The notes beneath the pieces are model-generated. The model worked only from the letters and a program-made list of their open reading frames with translations. It was not told the origin of the DNA and ran no database searches. Positions 45,570-54,679 of a stretch of DNA of 64,000 bases are shown here, one piece after another. This stretch comes from an uncultured Gammaproteobacteria bacterium (GTDB lineage Bacteria > Patescibacteriota > Microgenomatia > Levybacterales > UBA12049): contig CAZILC010000005.1 in the NCBI GenBank assembly GCA_964540055.1, forward strand, positions 5,597-69,596, read 5' to 3'. How positions within the stretch are numbered: position 1 is the first letter of the stretch; the number at the start of each line of letters is the position of its first letter. The position numbers and the translations under genes are program-made.

Positions 45570-46324
45570 TTTTTACGATTAAATGCCAAACCACCATAGG
45601 TTTCATCAACCGGCATAATCTCGACATTATCAATATTGACATGCTCAGGCTGCTCCATAACCCAGGCAATTGTCTTTGCGATATCCTCAGCAATAAGCGG
45701 TCGAATTCCCTCGTAAACTTCATCTGATTTTTTCTGATCTCCATTAAATCGCACTAGAGAGAAATGCGTTTCGGCAGCTCCCGGATCAATATTGGTTACT
45801 TTGATGTTGGTTCCCAACAAATCTGTACGCAAATTTCTGGCAAATTGCTTAATAAATGCTTTTGTCGAACCATACACATTGCCGCCTTTATACGGCGCAA
45901 TTCCCGCGACTGATCCGATTGTGATAATCATACCGCTATTTCTTTTTGTCATGGAGTCTAAAACAAAGCGGGTAAAATAAAGTGTTCCTTTGATATTGGT
46001 ATCAATCATCGTTTCCCAATCATCCATATCACCCTCCTGCACAGTATTTACGCCCTTTGCAAGACCGGCACAGTTAATGAGTACATCAATATCGGTAAAC
46101 TCTTTGGGAAGATTTTTGAAAAAACTTGCAACTTGTTTTTTGTCACTTACATCAACATTTGAAGCATAGGTATCAGTCTCAAGTTCTTGTTGCAGTTTTT
46201 TTAATTCGTCCTGATTGCGAGCTACCAAAATTAATTTATATTCATATTTCGCAAGGAGTTTGGCGGTAGCTTTTCCAAATCCCGAAGATGCGCCAGTTAT
46301 CAAAACAGTCTTCACTAAAAGCAT
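45566..46324 (-). CDS. short-chain dehydrogenase/reductase (YdfG-like NADP-dependent)
   Basis: TGASSGFG, NCAG, and a Ser...YGSTK catalytic triad. Start at ATG 46324 (MLLVKTVLITGASSG). Confidence 0.9.
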   Translation of the reverse strand: MLLVKTVLITGASSGFGKATAKLLAKYEYKLILVARNQDELKKLQQELETDTYASNVDVSDKKQVASFFKNLPKEFTDIDVLINCAGLAKGVNTVQEGDMDDWETMIDTNIKGTLYFTRFVLDSMTKRNSGMIITIGSVAGIAPYKGGNVYGSTKAFIKQFARNLRTDLLGTNIKVTNIDPGAAETHFSLVRFNGDQKKSDEVYEGIRPLIAEDIAKTIAWVMEQPEHVNIDNVEIMPVDETYGGLAFNRKK

Positions 46325-46432
46325 TGTAACAAAAGGATAATTGTCTGACAAGAAACTAAATTTATAGATTACCAATTATAGCTTATAGTACTATTGTCTA
46401 GAACGTAAATATATGGTATAGTACTCAAAATT

Positions 46433-49400
46433 ATGGCTGCAAGAACAATAGAAAGACCCACAGAAAAAGCGTATCTTAAGATACTGCTGCTTAATGGCGC
46501 ACCACTACCCGATAGTTTGATGCGCGACAGTAGAAGATCTGCACTGGCAGTCCTTACCAATATGGGCATGGTGCACTATGAACGTTCTAGAGAATTCCCA
46601 CAGATGCAAAGAGAAAATCTTGTGAGAGCAAACTTAGATGATCCAAGACAGTTAGTCACTACCACAAATTTTCTTCGTTCAAGCGCTTCCAGAATTTTTG
46701 GAGATCTTTTCAACCCTCGTGATTGGGATCAGACAATGATGCGCTCCTCAGGCGATATGAGACCTGAAACTCCCATTTCACCATCACTATCACCATATGC
46801 TCGACCTATGGTGTATGTAGCCCAGCGATTAAATGGTTCTGAAGAATATGAAACTGCTCTTGAATATATCGCTGCACGAACATATTTACATGCGATACAA
46901 GAAAGACAAAATGAGTCTACAGGCACTCATGGTAATCCAAGAATAAATGTACAAGAGATGGCCGACAGATTGGATATTTTTGGGAGAGTACAAAGGCTCG
47001 ATAAAATGCCTGTTCTTGATGAAATTTCACAGCGAATGCATGCAACAGTTATCAAACAGGAAAAAATAAACGCACAAAGAATACGTTCAGTCGTAGTTAA
47101 AAAGGAAGAAATACTTGAAAGGATAGAAATAGAAAATTCTGTAGATATGTTTGATAATTTAATTGCATATAGCAGAGCTCATCATGCACGACAAAAACAT
47201 GTCTTAAGAGGACGGCAAATGGAAGCATTCGACGACATTATTCAGACTGGAATACGAGGACATAAAGAAGGATATATTGAGGCTCCTACAGGATTTGGTA
47301 AAACTGTTCTGTTTGGTGAAGTAGCCGCTGCAGCAAATGTACCCACAGTTATTGTTGTCCCAAGAAAACGGCTCGTTGAGCAAACATATGAAAGATTAAA
47401 GGAATTTAATCCAGACCTTTCAGTCGGTCGCATGTATGGTGATGTAAAAGAATTTGGTCATCAAGTGACGGTAACAACATATCAAACAGTTACAGCAGAT
47501 TCGGCGGAAGGCTTTTATATCCCTTTTGATGAGTCAAAATTAGTAATTCTTGATGAGGTAGACGAGGCTACTGGAAGAGAACGGATAAAAGCAATTGAGA
47601 AAGTACCGGAAGATGCATTTTTAATGGGATTGTCAGCAACTCCCGTGAAAGTCACAGGAAAAGAATATGAGGGAAGTCGTGTCGCAAAAATGATGAACAA
47701 TGAAATTCATACCGTTACATTACGAGAAGGAGTTGAGGATGGATACCTTTCGTCTTTTTCAAATTATATTGTTAAAGTAGACTCGGATATCTCAAGAGTA
47801 GGAATATCAGAAGATGGAATATATAATGAAGCTGCTTTGGAAAGCATTATTAACACAGAGCCACATAATAAAGCTACAGTCCGTTTTTTCCTCAAGATGC
47901 GCTCAAATGATAGAAAGAAATACGGTAAGCGAGCGGGACCACTAACAACTTCCGTATACGCCTCCTCAGTTCAGCATTCAAAAGATCTTGCACTAGCGTT
48001 TCAAGATGCCGGTGTAAAAGCAGCTGCAGTATGGGGAAACCAGAATCCAAAGGAACAGGATGAAATTATGCGTAAATGGACATCAGGAGAAATTGAGATC
48101 GTTTGTAGTAAAGATTTACTAGTTCGGGGTAATGATATACCAAGACTTCGCTTAATTATGAATGTCGCCCCTACAGGATCTTATTCGGTTGAAAAACAGC
48201 GTAGTGGCAGGGGGCTACGTATTGATCCGGATAATCCGAACAAACATGCCATCATTGCCGATTTTATTTATCAAAACAGCAATAGAAAAAACCAGCAAGT
48301 AACCTTTGCTGAGGTCGCCGGTGGTGCAGAAATGTACAGATATGTATCCCCAGGTATGAAGCATTGGGTAGGAAATAAACGACGTACAGGCGAAGATAAC
48401 GATAGCAGTACTACAGGTAATGACGAATTCACTATTGATGGGCTCCAGGTTGTAACAGATGTCCGCGAGGTAATGCGTTTAGTGAAAGGAATTCAGGCGA
48501 CACGCATTGATGATGATATGACAATACTGGATACTGATTTCCCGAATACACAACTCGCACGAAGGGATGTTTTTGTGGGCAAAGACCAAGATTTACAAGC
48601 TATTGCTGAGACCGTAATCAGTGAAATTGAAGCGGAGTCTCCTGAGTTGGTTGTACAACGACAAAATTTGAATTGGCCCATTACCGTTGTCACAGATAGA
48701 CAGTTATTTATAGATAAAATGGTAGCAAAAGGGGCAAGATTAAAAGATAAAACAATCGAGCCTGTCCAAGAAGGAGATACGGTCATTAACACTCCTTTTC
48801 TATTCTCTCTTTTTGTCGGTGAACATCAGAAGGTGGCTAAGATAAAAGACGCAGTTCTAAGAGAGATGCGAGTAGAACAGCCTGCTCTTGTTGCACAGAG
48901 AAAAAACGTTAATAGAACAGCGACAGTCGTTCGGGATGTTGATGAATTTATAAGAAGGATGCTGGAAAAAGGCGCAGAAAGAAAAGGTACTCCGCAACCA
49001 ACAGCTGGAAAAGATGATCTTACCGTAACAAATAGATGGCTGAGTGATACTTTTGTTGGAGATGCAGGAAGACTTCGAGGAATTGCCTATGAAGTGATAG
49101 CACAAATTGAAGCTGCTCACCCTGATAAAGTTGCTTGGGTAAAAATAAATAAAGCAAGGGTTCCAATTGTAAGAGATAAAGCATTATTCATGCAGCGAAT
49201 GCAGGAACGAAAAGTCTCGCTTCCGGATGCCGCAGCAATTGGCGTTTTGGATTCAGATTTCCCGGTTACAAGTACCTATCTATTAAAGCGTTTTGCGGCA
49301 ACCTGGGAAAGATTACGAGCAGCTAAAGAGGCCGTCATGGAAGAAATAGAAGCAGAAAATTCTGATTTGATAGCAAAAAGGAAGAAAAATATTACCGTCG

Positions 49401-49459
49401 TGACAGATGCAGATATATTTGTTCGGAAAATGCAGGAGAAAGGAATTAAATTACGTTGA
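46433..49459 (+). CDS. SF2 (DEAD/DEAH, Res-subunit-like) helicase with unknown N-terminal region and four C-terminal tandem repeats
   Basis: Motif I APTGFGKT, motif II ILDEVDE, motif III SATP, motif VI QRSGRGLR. TGgTATAGT at 46414-46422 lies 10 nt before the ATG. The TGA stop shares a base with the tRNA-Gly 3' end. Confidence 0.85.
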   Translation: MAARTIERPTEKAYLKILLLNGAPLPDSLMRDSRRSALAVLTNMGMVHYERSREFPQMQRENLVRANLDDPRQLVTTTNFLRSSASRIFGDLFNPRDWDQTMMRSSGDMRPETPISPSLSPYARPMVYVAQRLNGSEEYETALEYIAARTYLHAIQERQNESTGTHGNPRINVQEMADRLDIFGRVQRLDKMPVLDEISQRMHATVIKQEKINAQRIRSVVVKKEEILERIEIENSVDMFDNLIAYSRAHHARQKHVLRGRQMEAFDDIIQTGIRGHKEGYIEAPTGFGKTVLFGEVAAAANVPTVIVVPRKRLVEQTYERLKEFNPDLSVGRMYGDVKEFGHQVTVTTYQTVTADSAEGFYIPFDESKLVILDEVDEATGRERIKAIEKVPEDAFLMGLSATPVKVTGKEYEGSRVAKMMNNEIHTVTLREGVEDGYLSSFSNYIVKVDSDISRVGISEDGIYNEAALESIINTEPHNKATVRFFLKMRSNDRKKYGKRAGPLTTSVYASSVQHSKDLALAFQDAGVKAAAVWGNQNPKEQDEIMRKWTSGEIEIVCSKDLLVRGNDIPRLRLIMNVAPTGSYSVEKQRSGRGLRIDPDNPNKHAIIADFIYQNSNRKNQQVTFAEVAGGAEMYRYVSPGMKHWVGNKRRTGEDNDSSTTGNDEFTIDGLQVVTDVREVMRLVKGIQATRIDDDMTILDTDFPNTQLARRDVFVGKDQDLQAIAETVISEIEAESPELVVQRQNLNWPITVVTDRQLFIDKMVAKGARLKDKTIEPVQEGDTVINTPFLFSLFVGEHQKVAKIKDAVLREMRVEQPALVAQRKNVNRTATVVRDVDEFIRRMLEKGAERKGTPQPTAGKDDLTVTNRWLSDTFVGDAGRLRGIAYEVIAQIEAAHPDKVAWVKINKARVPIVRDKALFMQRMQERKVSLPDAAAIGVLDSDFPVTSTYLLKRFAATWERLRAAKEAVMEEIEAENSDLIAKRKKNITVVTDADIFVRKMQEKGIKLR
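48530..49456 (+). repeat. four tandem ~75-90-aa protein repeats in the helicase C-terminus
   Basis: Each unit follows: ...F(V/A)G....L..I...V..EIEAE.P.LV..R.......VV.D...F...M.EKG..L. The units begin FVGKDQDLQAIAETVISEIEAESPELVVQR, FVGEHQKVAKIKDAVLREMRVEQPALVAQR, FVGDAGRLRGIAYEVIAQIEAAHPDKVAWV and FAATWERLRAAKEAVMEEIEAENSDLIAKR. Confidence 0.8.
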
Positions 49460-49530
49460 GCGGGTGATGGGAGTCGGACCCACTACATTCTCCTTGGCAA
49501 GGAGACATTCTACCGGTGAACTACACCCGC
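49459..49530 (-). tRNA. tRNA-Gly (anticodon GCC)
   Basis: GCGGGUG/CACCCGC acceptor, anticodon arm UCUCC-UUGCCAA-GGAGA, T arm GUGGG-UCCGACU-CCCAU (position 55 reads C, not U). TGgTAAAAT promoter 10 nt upstream. Confidence 0.85.
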
Positions 49531-49605
49531 AATAGACCTCATTTTACCAAAAAAGCGTTCTCTTGTCATCTATAGTATCAAATAAACCCAAATTCAAACA
49601 TCTGC

Positions 49606-49635
49606 TTGACAATTAGACTGATTTAGCAGTATAAA
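49606..49635 (+). promoter_or_regulatory. promoter TTGACA-18-TATAAA
   Basis: TTGACA at 49606-49611 and TATAAA at 49630-49635, 12 nt before ATG 49648. Confidence 0.5.
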
Positions 49636-49647
49636 TGTTCTACATTC

Positions 49648-49974
49648 ATGATAAAGGAATTACTGTCCAACTTCACAAGAATTCTCCTAGGTAGCTTTCT
49701 TCCCGAAAACTTTCAACCATATCTCCGAATAATGTTTGCAATTGTTTTTATAACGTTTTTTGTTTACGGGATACAGATAGGAATTGGTACTATTTATACG
49801 TACGCTAACAATCCATCGGCATATAAATCGAGTGAAAAAAACAAAATTTGCAGTGATCTTAACAATACTACAATAAAATATATTTGCAAAAACTCGAGGA
49901 TCTCAAAAGTCGAAGCTCATAAAGTAACTTCATTACTTTCCTTTGTGCAGGATTTACATAAATTAACAAATTGA
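49648..49974 (+). CDS. hypothetical small membrane protein (108 aa)
   Basis: One to two TM helices and its own strong promoter. Its last 58 nt overlap the 3' end of the convergent GT4 gene, so its reality is uncertain. Confidence 0.4.
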   Translation: MIKELLSNFTRILLGSFLPENFQPYLRIMFAIVFITFFVYGIQIGIGTIYTYANNPSAYKSSEKNKICSDLNNTTIKYICKNSRISKVEAHKVTSLLSFVQDLHKLTN

Positions 49975-51176
49975 TCAGCCGCATTATCCCAACTTAGATC
50001 CTGTACATCATGCGCGACGGATCTACTGACTTTTTTATACTCTTCACCATCACAAAGTAATAATTTTATCTTCTTTGCAAGCCCAATTGGATTGTTAGCA
50101 GACGTTATGAGAATCGAATGATCTTTGTCTATCAATCGCGAAACGCCGGTAACATCTGTGGTAATGACAGGCACACCACATGCCATAGCTTCAACAGCGG
50201 TAATACCAAAGGATTCATAGTGAGAGGGCATCACCATCAAATCCGCGGCATTATAATAATCAGGAAGTTCCTCCTGCGTTTTTCTTCCTACAAATTTAAC
50301 AGAGGTTCTGATACCTAATGCTTCCCGGATCTCTGAAAGTTTCTTTAACTCTTTAGGCCATTCCTCCTCGTTATTGGAAATATCTCCACCAACTATCCAC
50401 ACAGTAACTTTAAGCTCCGGTCTTGCTGTTAAAAGAATTTTAAGTGAGTAGAGCAAAACATCAATACCCTTAAGTGGTTCAATTCTTCCCACAAATAAAA
50501 TTAACTTTTCATCAACATTCGCGCCGATGCTTTTTTTGGCTTCAATTTTATCAGTAGGTTTAAAAAGATCAAGATTTACACCGGGCGTCAAAACAGCAAT
50601 TTTTTCAGGATCTCCATCATATAAGTATTCAATATATTGTGCATCAGTTTCACTTGTCGCAATAATCTGATCTGCTGTTTTGACAAGCTGCTGTTCGATT
50701 TGGATACGTTCTTTACTTTCCCGCTCCTCATCACTGCGAGCAACCAAATTTTTCATCAACCCCAATGTATGAAAAGTCATAACAAGTGGAATTCCGTACT
50801 TCTTTTTTATTTCAACTCCTGCAATTCCTGAAAGATAATAATGGCAATTAACAATACGGTAGGAAATATTTTCCTTTTCAACAAAGCTAAATATATAATC
50901 AGTAAACTCGGGAATATACTTTTCTATTTCTTTTTTTGAAAGCGGTTCTTCTGGCCCTGCTGGAACATGAATAACTCGGACATGTTCATTTACCTGAACA
51001 ATTCTCGGACTATCCGACGATTGCGAACGGGTAAAAATATCGAGAAAATATCCTTTTTTCGCAAGTGCCTTGGAGAGTTCGAGCACATAAATATTCATGC
51101 CACCAATTTCGGCATCTGTTTCATCCGAGATTGGACACGTATGATAAGAAATAACAGCAAAACGCTTTGAGTTCAT
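49917..51176 (-). CDS. GT4 glycosyltransferase, MshA-like (D-inositol-3-phosphate glycosyltransferase family)
   Basis: RFAVISYHTCP...EIGGMNIYVLELSKALAKKGYFLDIFTR, VRVIHVPAGP...LSK, CHYYLSG, TFHTLGLMKN, DPEKIAVLTPGVNLDLF, MPSHYESFGITAVEAMACGVPVI. TATAAT lies 6 nt before ATG 51176. Confidence 0.85.
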   Translation of the reverse strand: MNSKRFAVISYHTCPISDETDAEIGGMNIYVLELSKALAKKGYFLDIFTRSQSSDSPRIVQVNEHVRVIHVPAGPEEPLSKKEIEKYIPEFTDYIFSFVEKENISYRIVNCHYYLSGIAGVEIKKKYGIPLVMTFHTLGLMKNLVARSDEERESKERIQIEQQLVKTADQIIATSETDAQYIEYLYDGDPEKIAVLTPGVNLDLFKPTDKIEAKKSIGANVDEKLILFVGRIEPLKGIDVLLYSLKILLTARPELKVTVWIVGGDISNNEEEWPKELKKLSEIREALGIRTSVKFVGRKTQEELPDYYNAADLMVMPSHYESFGITAVEAMACGVPVITTDVTGVSRLIDKDHSILITSANNPIGLAKKIKLLLCDGEEYKKVSRSVAHDVQDLSWDNAADQFVNLCKSCTKESNEVTL

Positions 51177-51211
51177 GCATGTATTATACTATAATTAAGA
51201 AACTCGAAGTT

Positions 51212-51808
51212 ATGCAAACCATAATCTACCTCATTAGACACGGAGAAGTAAAAAATCCAGATGCAATACTTTACGGAAGACTACCGCATTTTGGTTTATC
51301 TGAAAATGGAAGAAAAGAAGTAGCACAATCTGCTGAATTTTTAGCAGACAAACATATCGATGCAATCTATTCCGGACCACTTGAGAGAGCCAAACAAACA
51401 GCTGAAATAATTCAAAAAAAACTCGGCATCCCAGAAATCTATTTCAACGACCAATTAACTGAAGTAAAAACTTCATATGAAGGAAAAAAATTCAAGACGT
51501 TAGACAAGCTTCAATCTGAAATTTATTTAAAACCACTTGATGCATCTGATGAAACACTTGAGGATATTGCCCAGCGTATGATCATTTTTCTCCATGGCGT
51601 AATCAACAAAAACCCGGGAAACCATGTAGTAATTGTCAGTCACGGAGATCCGATCATGGCTCTGAAAGCGAAAATCAAACATAAAACCAAGCCGCTTGAA
51701 TTTATGAGCTTTAAAACAGATGACTATATCCAACATGCAGAAGTGTATGAAGTTACCAGTGAAGATAATGAACTTTCAATAAAAGCCGTATTCAAACCGC
51801 TCGAGTAG
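51212..51808 (+). CDS. histidine phosphatase (phosphoglycerate mutase) family protein
   Basis: IIYLIRHGEV (RHG catalytic motif), ...SGPLERAKQTAEII..., ...VSHGDPI. Start at ATG 51212, 36 bp from the divergent GT4 start. Confidence 0.85.
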   Translation: MQTIIYLIRHGEVKNPDAILYGRLPHFGLSENGRKEVAQSAEFLADKHIDAIYSGPLERAKQTAEIIQKKLGIPEIYFNDQLTEVKTSYEGKKFKTLDKLQSEIYLKPLDASDETLEDIAQRMIIFLHGVINKNPGNHVVIVSHGDPIMALKAKIKHKTKPLEFMSFKTDDYIQHAEVYEVTSEDNELSIKAVFKPLE

Positions 51809-51837
51809 CTGTATTCTCAAATTCTAAATCTATACAT

Positions 51838-51866
51838 TTGACTCACAAATCTTATAGCATTATAAT
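51838..51866 (+). promoter_or_regulatory. near-consensus promoter TTGACT-17-TATAAT
   Basis: TTGACT at 51838-51843 and TATAAT at 51861-51866. ATG 51876 lies 9 nt downstream, so the transcript is essentially leaderless. Confidence 0.6.
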
Positions 51867-51875
51867 CCCAGCAGA

Positions 51876-54134
51876 ATGCCAGCTGAAAGACCAGCAAACC
51901 ATGACAGAGGAGAACAATCGAAAAGGGCCAGTTGCGCGCAATTTTCTGTTGACACCTTTGTGCCACGTATGATCCATCCTCTTCTTTCGCCAAATATAAT
52001 CCAAAATTATCTTCGAGATGATGTATATTTGAGGCCAGGTATAGCAGACATGAGTCTTCATACTGTAGACCGATCAGTTGCAAGTACCATAGCAGGAATT
52101 GGTAATCCAGTGACTTATTTCACGAGTGAAAGAAGTCGGCAATTACATCAAGCTGAGGATCAAGCAAGAAGAGGATTTGGTCCGGCTGTTCTGGATCGTG
52201 CAAGAGAGTTGGAGATAAGTTTTACCTTAAACTCAGCACAAGCAACTACACGACTTGCAACTCCTTCTGAAAATGTAGCGGGAGACCTGCATCGTGAACA
52301 TGGTTATTTTGGTACTCTTGGTTGGAACGTTTACTCAGCAATCGATGATGGCAGCCCTGTCCTACTACTACCGCAAACGAGCAGAAAAGGGTCTACCTTC
52401 TTTCAAGCTGTAGATCTCAATGAACTACATTCCCGTGATCCTGAATTTCTTCCACAACGGATCAGAGACCATGAAGAAAGATATGCACTCAGAACCCTTG
52501 CCGATACTGTTGCATATAATCATGGTCTCCATGAGGTCCCAGAAGATGCATTAATTCCCGATACAATTCTTGAGGTAGCCCGACTTTCCGATCCTGCAGA
52601 AGCAGGAAGAGAACTTGGCTCTATGGCAGGTTATCTTTATTTTCTGGCAATGGTTGGAGACTTTCCTAATACCATTAAAGAGTTTCAAGAGGATATCTAT
52701 CAAAGAAGCACACCGATGGAGGAAGGAAAAACTGCATATATTGAAAGTTATCTAAGCCACATGGGAGAATGCCCATCCACCTCTGAGGCCGCCCGACAAA
52801 GGAACTCAATGCTCACACAGGCATATATTACGCTGGGGCGTCTTGATGTACGAGGTGCAGAAAAAGAAGGACTTCCGCAAAAGGATAGTCCTGTAACCCA
52901 AGTATTACGCAACCCCAGTTCATATACCTATAATGTCGATGAAAGAGATCAGATTAATACAGCTAGAAAAGACTATGCACAACAAGTCAGTAGATTCTTA
53001 GATCAAACGCAAGATATTACCGATAGAGATGCATTAACCGAAGCACTTGCACGAGATTTGCCTGAAACACATGAGGCTCTTACAAGGTTTCAGGAATGGT
53101 TAGGAACAGGGTTTAGTAATTTTGATGCTTTTCTTGAAGGGACGGTTCGCCGTATGTCTTGGAGTCGTGAAGGGTTTACCTTAGAAAGTATAAATGCGGC
53201 ACTAAGAGAAGAATTACGACTGACCGGTCTTGGCGCCAGGGGAGACTTTGAAGGAGTTCATATTCCCTATACTCCCCGTGATGTTTCGATCCACAACCCA
53301 CATCTTGAGGTAGTTCTTCCGCTTTTAGTAATACAAGAACTCCAGACACAAAATAACAAACGCGCCCTGAGGGATGCTCATCTTACCGTATTGCAGCCAC
53401 ACAATGATGAGAGGGCTCAACAATTACAACAATCGCGTCATGAACTTGCACAGTCAGTCGAAGACGACATCCGTAATTATGACCGATTATTGCAGGTATC
53501 TGAGGAGCTTAAGGACACATATGCCGCTTTTAAAGATCTAACAGGTATCACTGATGATGATATTATTCATTTGATAGATCTAGCCAAATCTCACACTCGT
53601 GATGAAGCTCATTTTCCTTACGGGCTATATAAAGCACTGGTAAATACCCTCTACATGGAGAAAGCGGGATTAATAAACACAAAAACCGCACCATTTAGGA
53701 CATTTCTTGGATCGCTTTTTCCCAATTATCCGGCAGCAGTATGGGAAAATCTTCACTCTGAATCTTTACAACCGACGGATGAAGCATTTGGTACTCAATT
53801 TACGGATTCGTTACGCGAGGCACTTGTTTTAACATCCGAATCTGAAGGTCCGGTCACCTGGCACTCAGCTGCACAACCCGCTTCAGTCAATCTTACTTAT
53901 CATAGACTTACATCACTCCCCCCAGAAGGACTTGTGACAGCAGTGGATGCAGTTCTTCTGGCTTTTGCGCCACCTACACCAGAAACAAGTGCAGAAGTAA
54001 TGGATACCCGAACTATCCAGGAACGTGCAGCCTATGACTTTTTACATCGACTAATTACTCACGCTGCTCCAGGTGAATTAAATGATGCAGAAAGAGAACT
54101 GCGACAACAATACGACGAGCTTAAAAGTAATTGA
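51876..54134 (+). CDS. large hypothetical ORFan (752 aa), Arg/Glu/Leu-rich, G+C-richer
   Basis: Long uninterrupted frame with a strong promoter. No TM segment, signal peptide or recognisable catalytic motif. N-terminus MPAERPANHDRG. Confidence 0.65.
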   Translation: MPAERPANHDRGEQSKRASCAQFSVDTFVPRMIHPLLSPNIIQNYLRDDVYLRPGIADMSLHTVDRSVASTIAGIGNPVTYFTSERSRQLHQAEDQARRGFGPAVLDRARELEISFTLNSAQATTRLATPSENVAGDLHREHGYFGTLGWNVYSAIDDGSPVLLLPQTSRKGSTFFQAVDLNELHSRDPEFLPQRIRDHEERYALRTLADTVAYNHGLHEVPEDALIPDTILEVARLSDPAEAGRELGSMAGYLYFLAMVGDFPNTIKEFQEDIYQRSTPMEEGKTAYIESYLSHMGECPSTSEAARQRNSMLTQAYITLGRLDVRGAEKEGLPQKDSPVTQVLRNPSSYTYNVDERDQINTARKDYAQQVSRFLDQTQDITDRDALTEALARDLPETHEALTRFQEWLGTGFSNFDAFLEGTVRRMSWSREGFTLESINAALREELRLTGLGARGDFEGVHIPYTPRDVSIHNPHLEVVLPLLVIQELQTQNNKRALRDAHLTVLQPHNDERAQQLQQSRHELAQSVEDDIRNYDRLLQVSEELKDTYAAFKDLTGITDDDIIHLIDLAKSHTRDEAHFPYGLYKALVNTLYMEKAGLINTKTAPFRTFLGSLFPNYPAAVWENLHSESLQPTDEAFGTQFTDSLREALVLTSESEGPVTWHSAAQPASVNLTYHRLTSLPPEGLVTAVDAVLLAFAPPTPETSAEVMDTRTIQERAAYDFLHRLITHAAPGELNDAERELRQQYDELKSN

Positions 54135-54214
54135 TCCTAACTCCACTGTTGTATTTTCCAAATAATACTTGTATCATCGAGCTATACTCAACAATAGATT
54201 GGGGGTGAAAAATA

Positions 54215-54622
54215 ATGAATTTTCTTGCAATTATCGTTGCGGCAATTGTAAATGTCGTACTTGGTGCATTATGGTATTCACCCGCACTTTTTGCCAAACC
54301 ATGGGCAAAAGGAGTAGGGATGACAAAAGAACAAATGGCCAAAGGTGCTAAAATGACACCAAAAATGTTTGTTCCGCCACTCTTAGCAGCAATTGTAACA
54401 AGTTACGTTATGGCATGGTTTTTTCATGCTCTGAATGTCACATCGCTTGGCGATGGAATATGGATTGCGTTTTTGGCTTGGCTTGGATTTACAACTACTG
54501 CACAAGTACTTAATTCCTGGGTATTTTCAAATGGCTGGCCAAAAGAAGTATATTTTATTAATACAGGATACCACCTCGTTGTATTCTGTATCATGGGCGC
54601 CATTCTTGCGGTTTGGAGATAA
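54215..54622 (+). CDS. DUF1761 family membrane protein
   Basis: MNFLAIIVAAIVNVVLGALWYSPALFAKPW... with 4 TM helices. SD GGGGGTGA lies 6 nt before the ATG. Confidence 0.72.
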   Translation: MNFLAIIVAAIVNVVLGALWYSPALFAKPWAKGVGMTKEQMAKGAKMTPKMFVPPLLAAIVTSYVMAWFFHALNVTSLGDGIWIAFLAWLGFTTTAQVLNSWVFSNGWPKEVYFINTGYHLVVFCIMGAILAVWR

Positions 54623-54679
54623 AGAAACGATAGTATACAATACGAATCGAACCATCTTATGATGGGATGTTTTTGTTTT

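Noticed and set aside
46380-49530. Genomic island integrated at tRNA-Gly. The helicase gene is compositionally atypical and abuts the tRNA 3' end. The situation is similar for the PfkB-like gene and tRNA-Phe.
   Set aside because: There is no integrase or recombinase. I could find no direct repeat of the tRNA 3' segment at the distal side (46330-46432 or 59263-59465). Each candidate island would be a single gene. Adjacency alone is insufficient.
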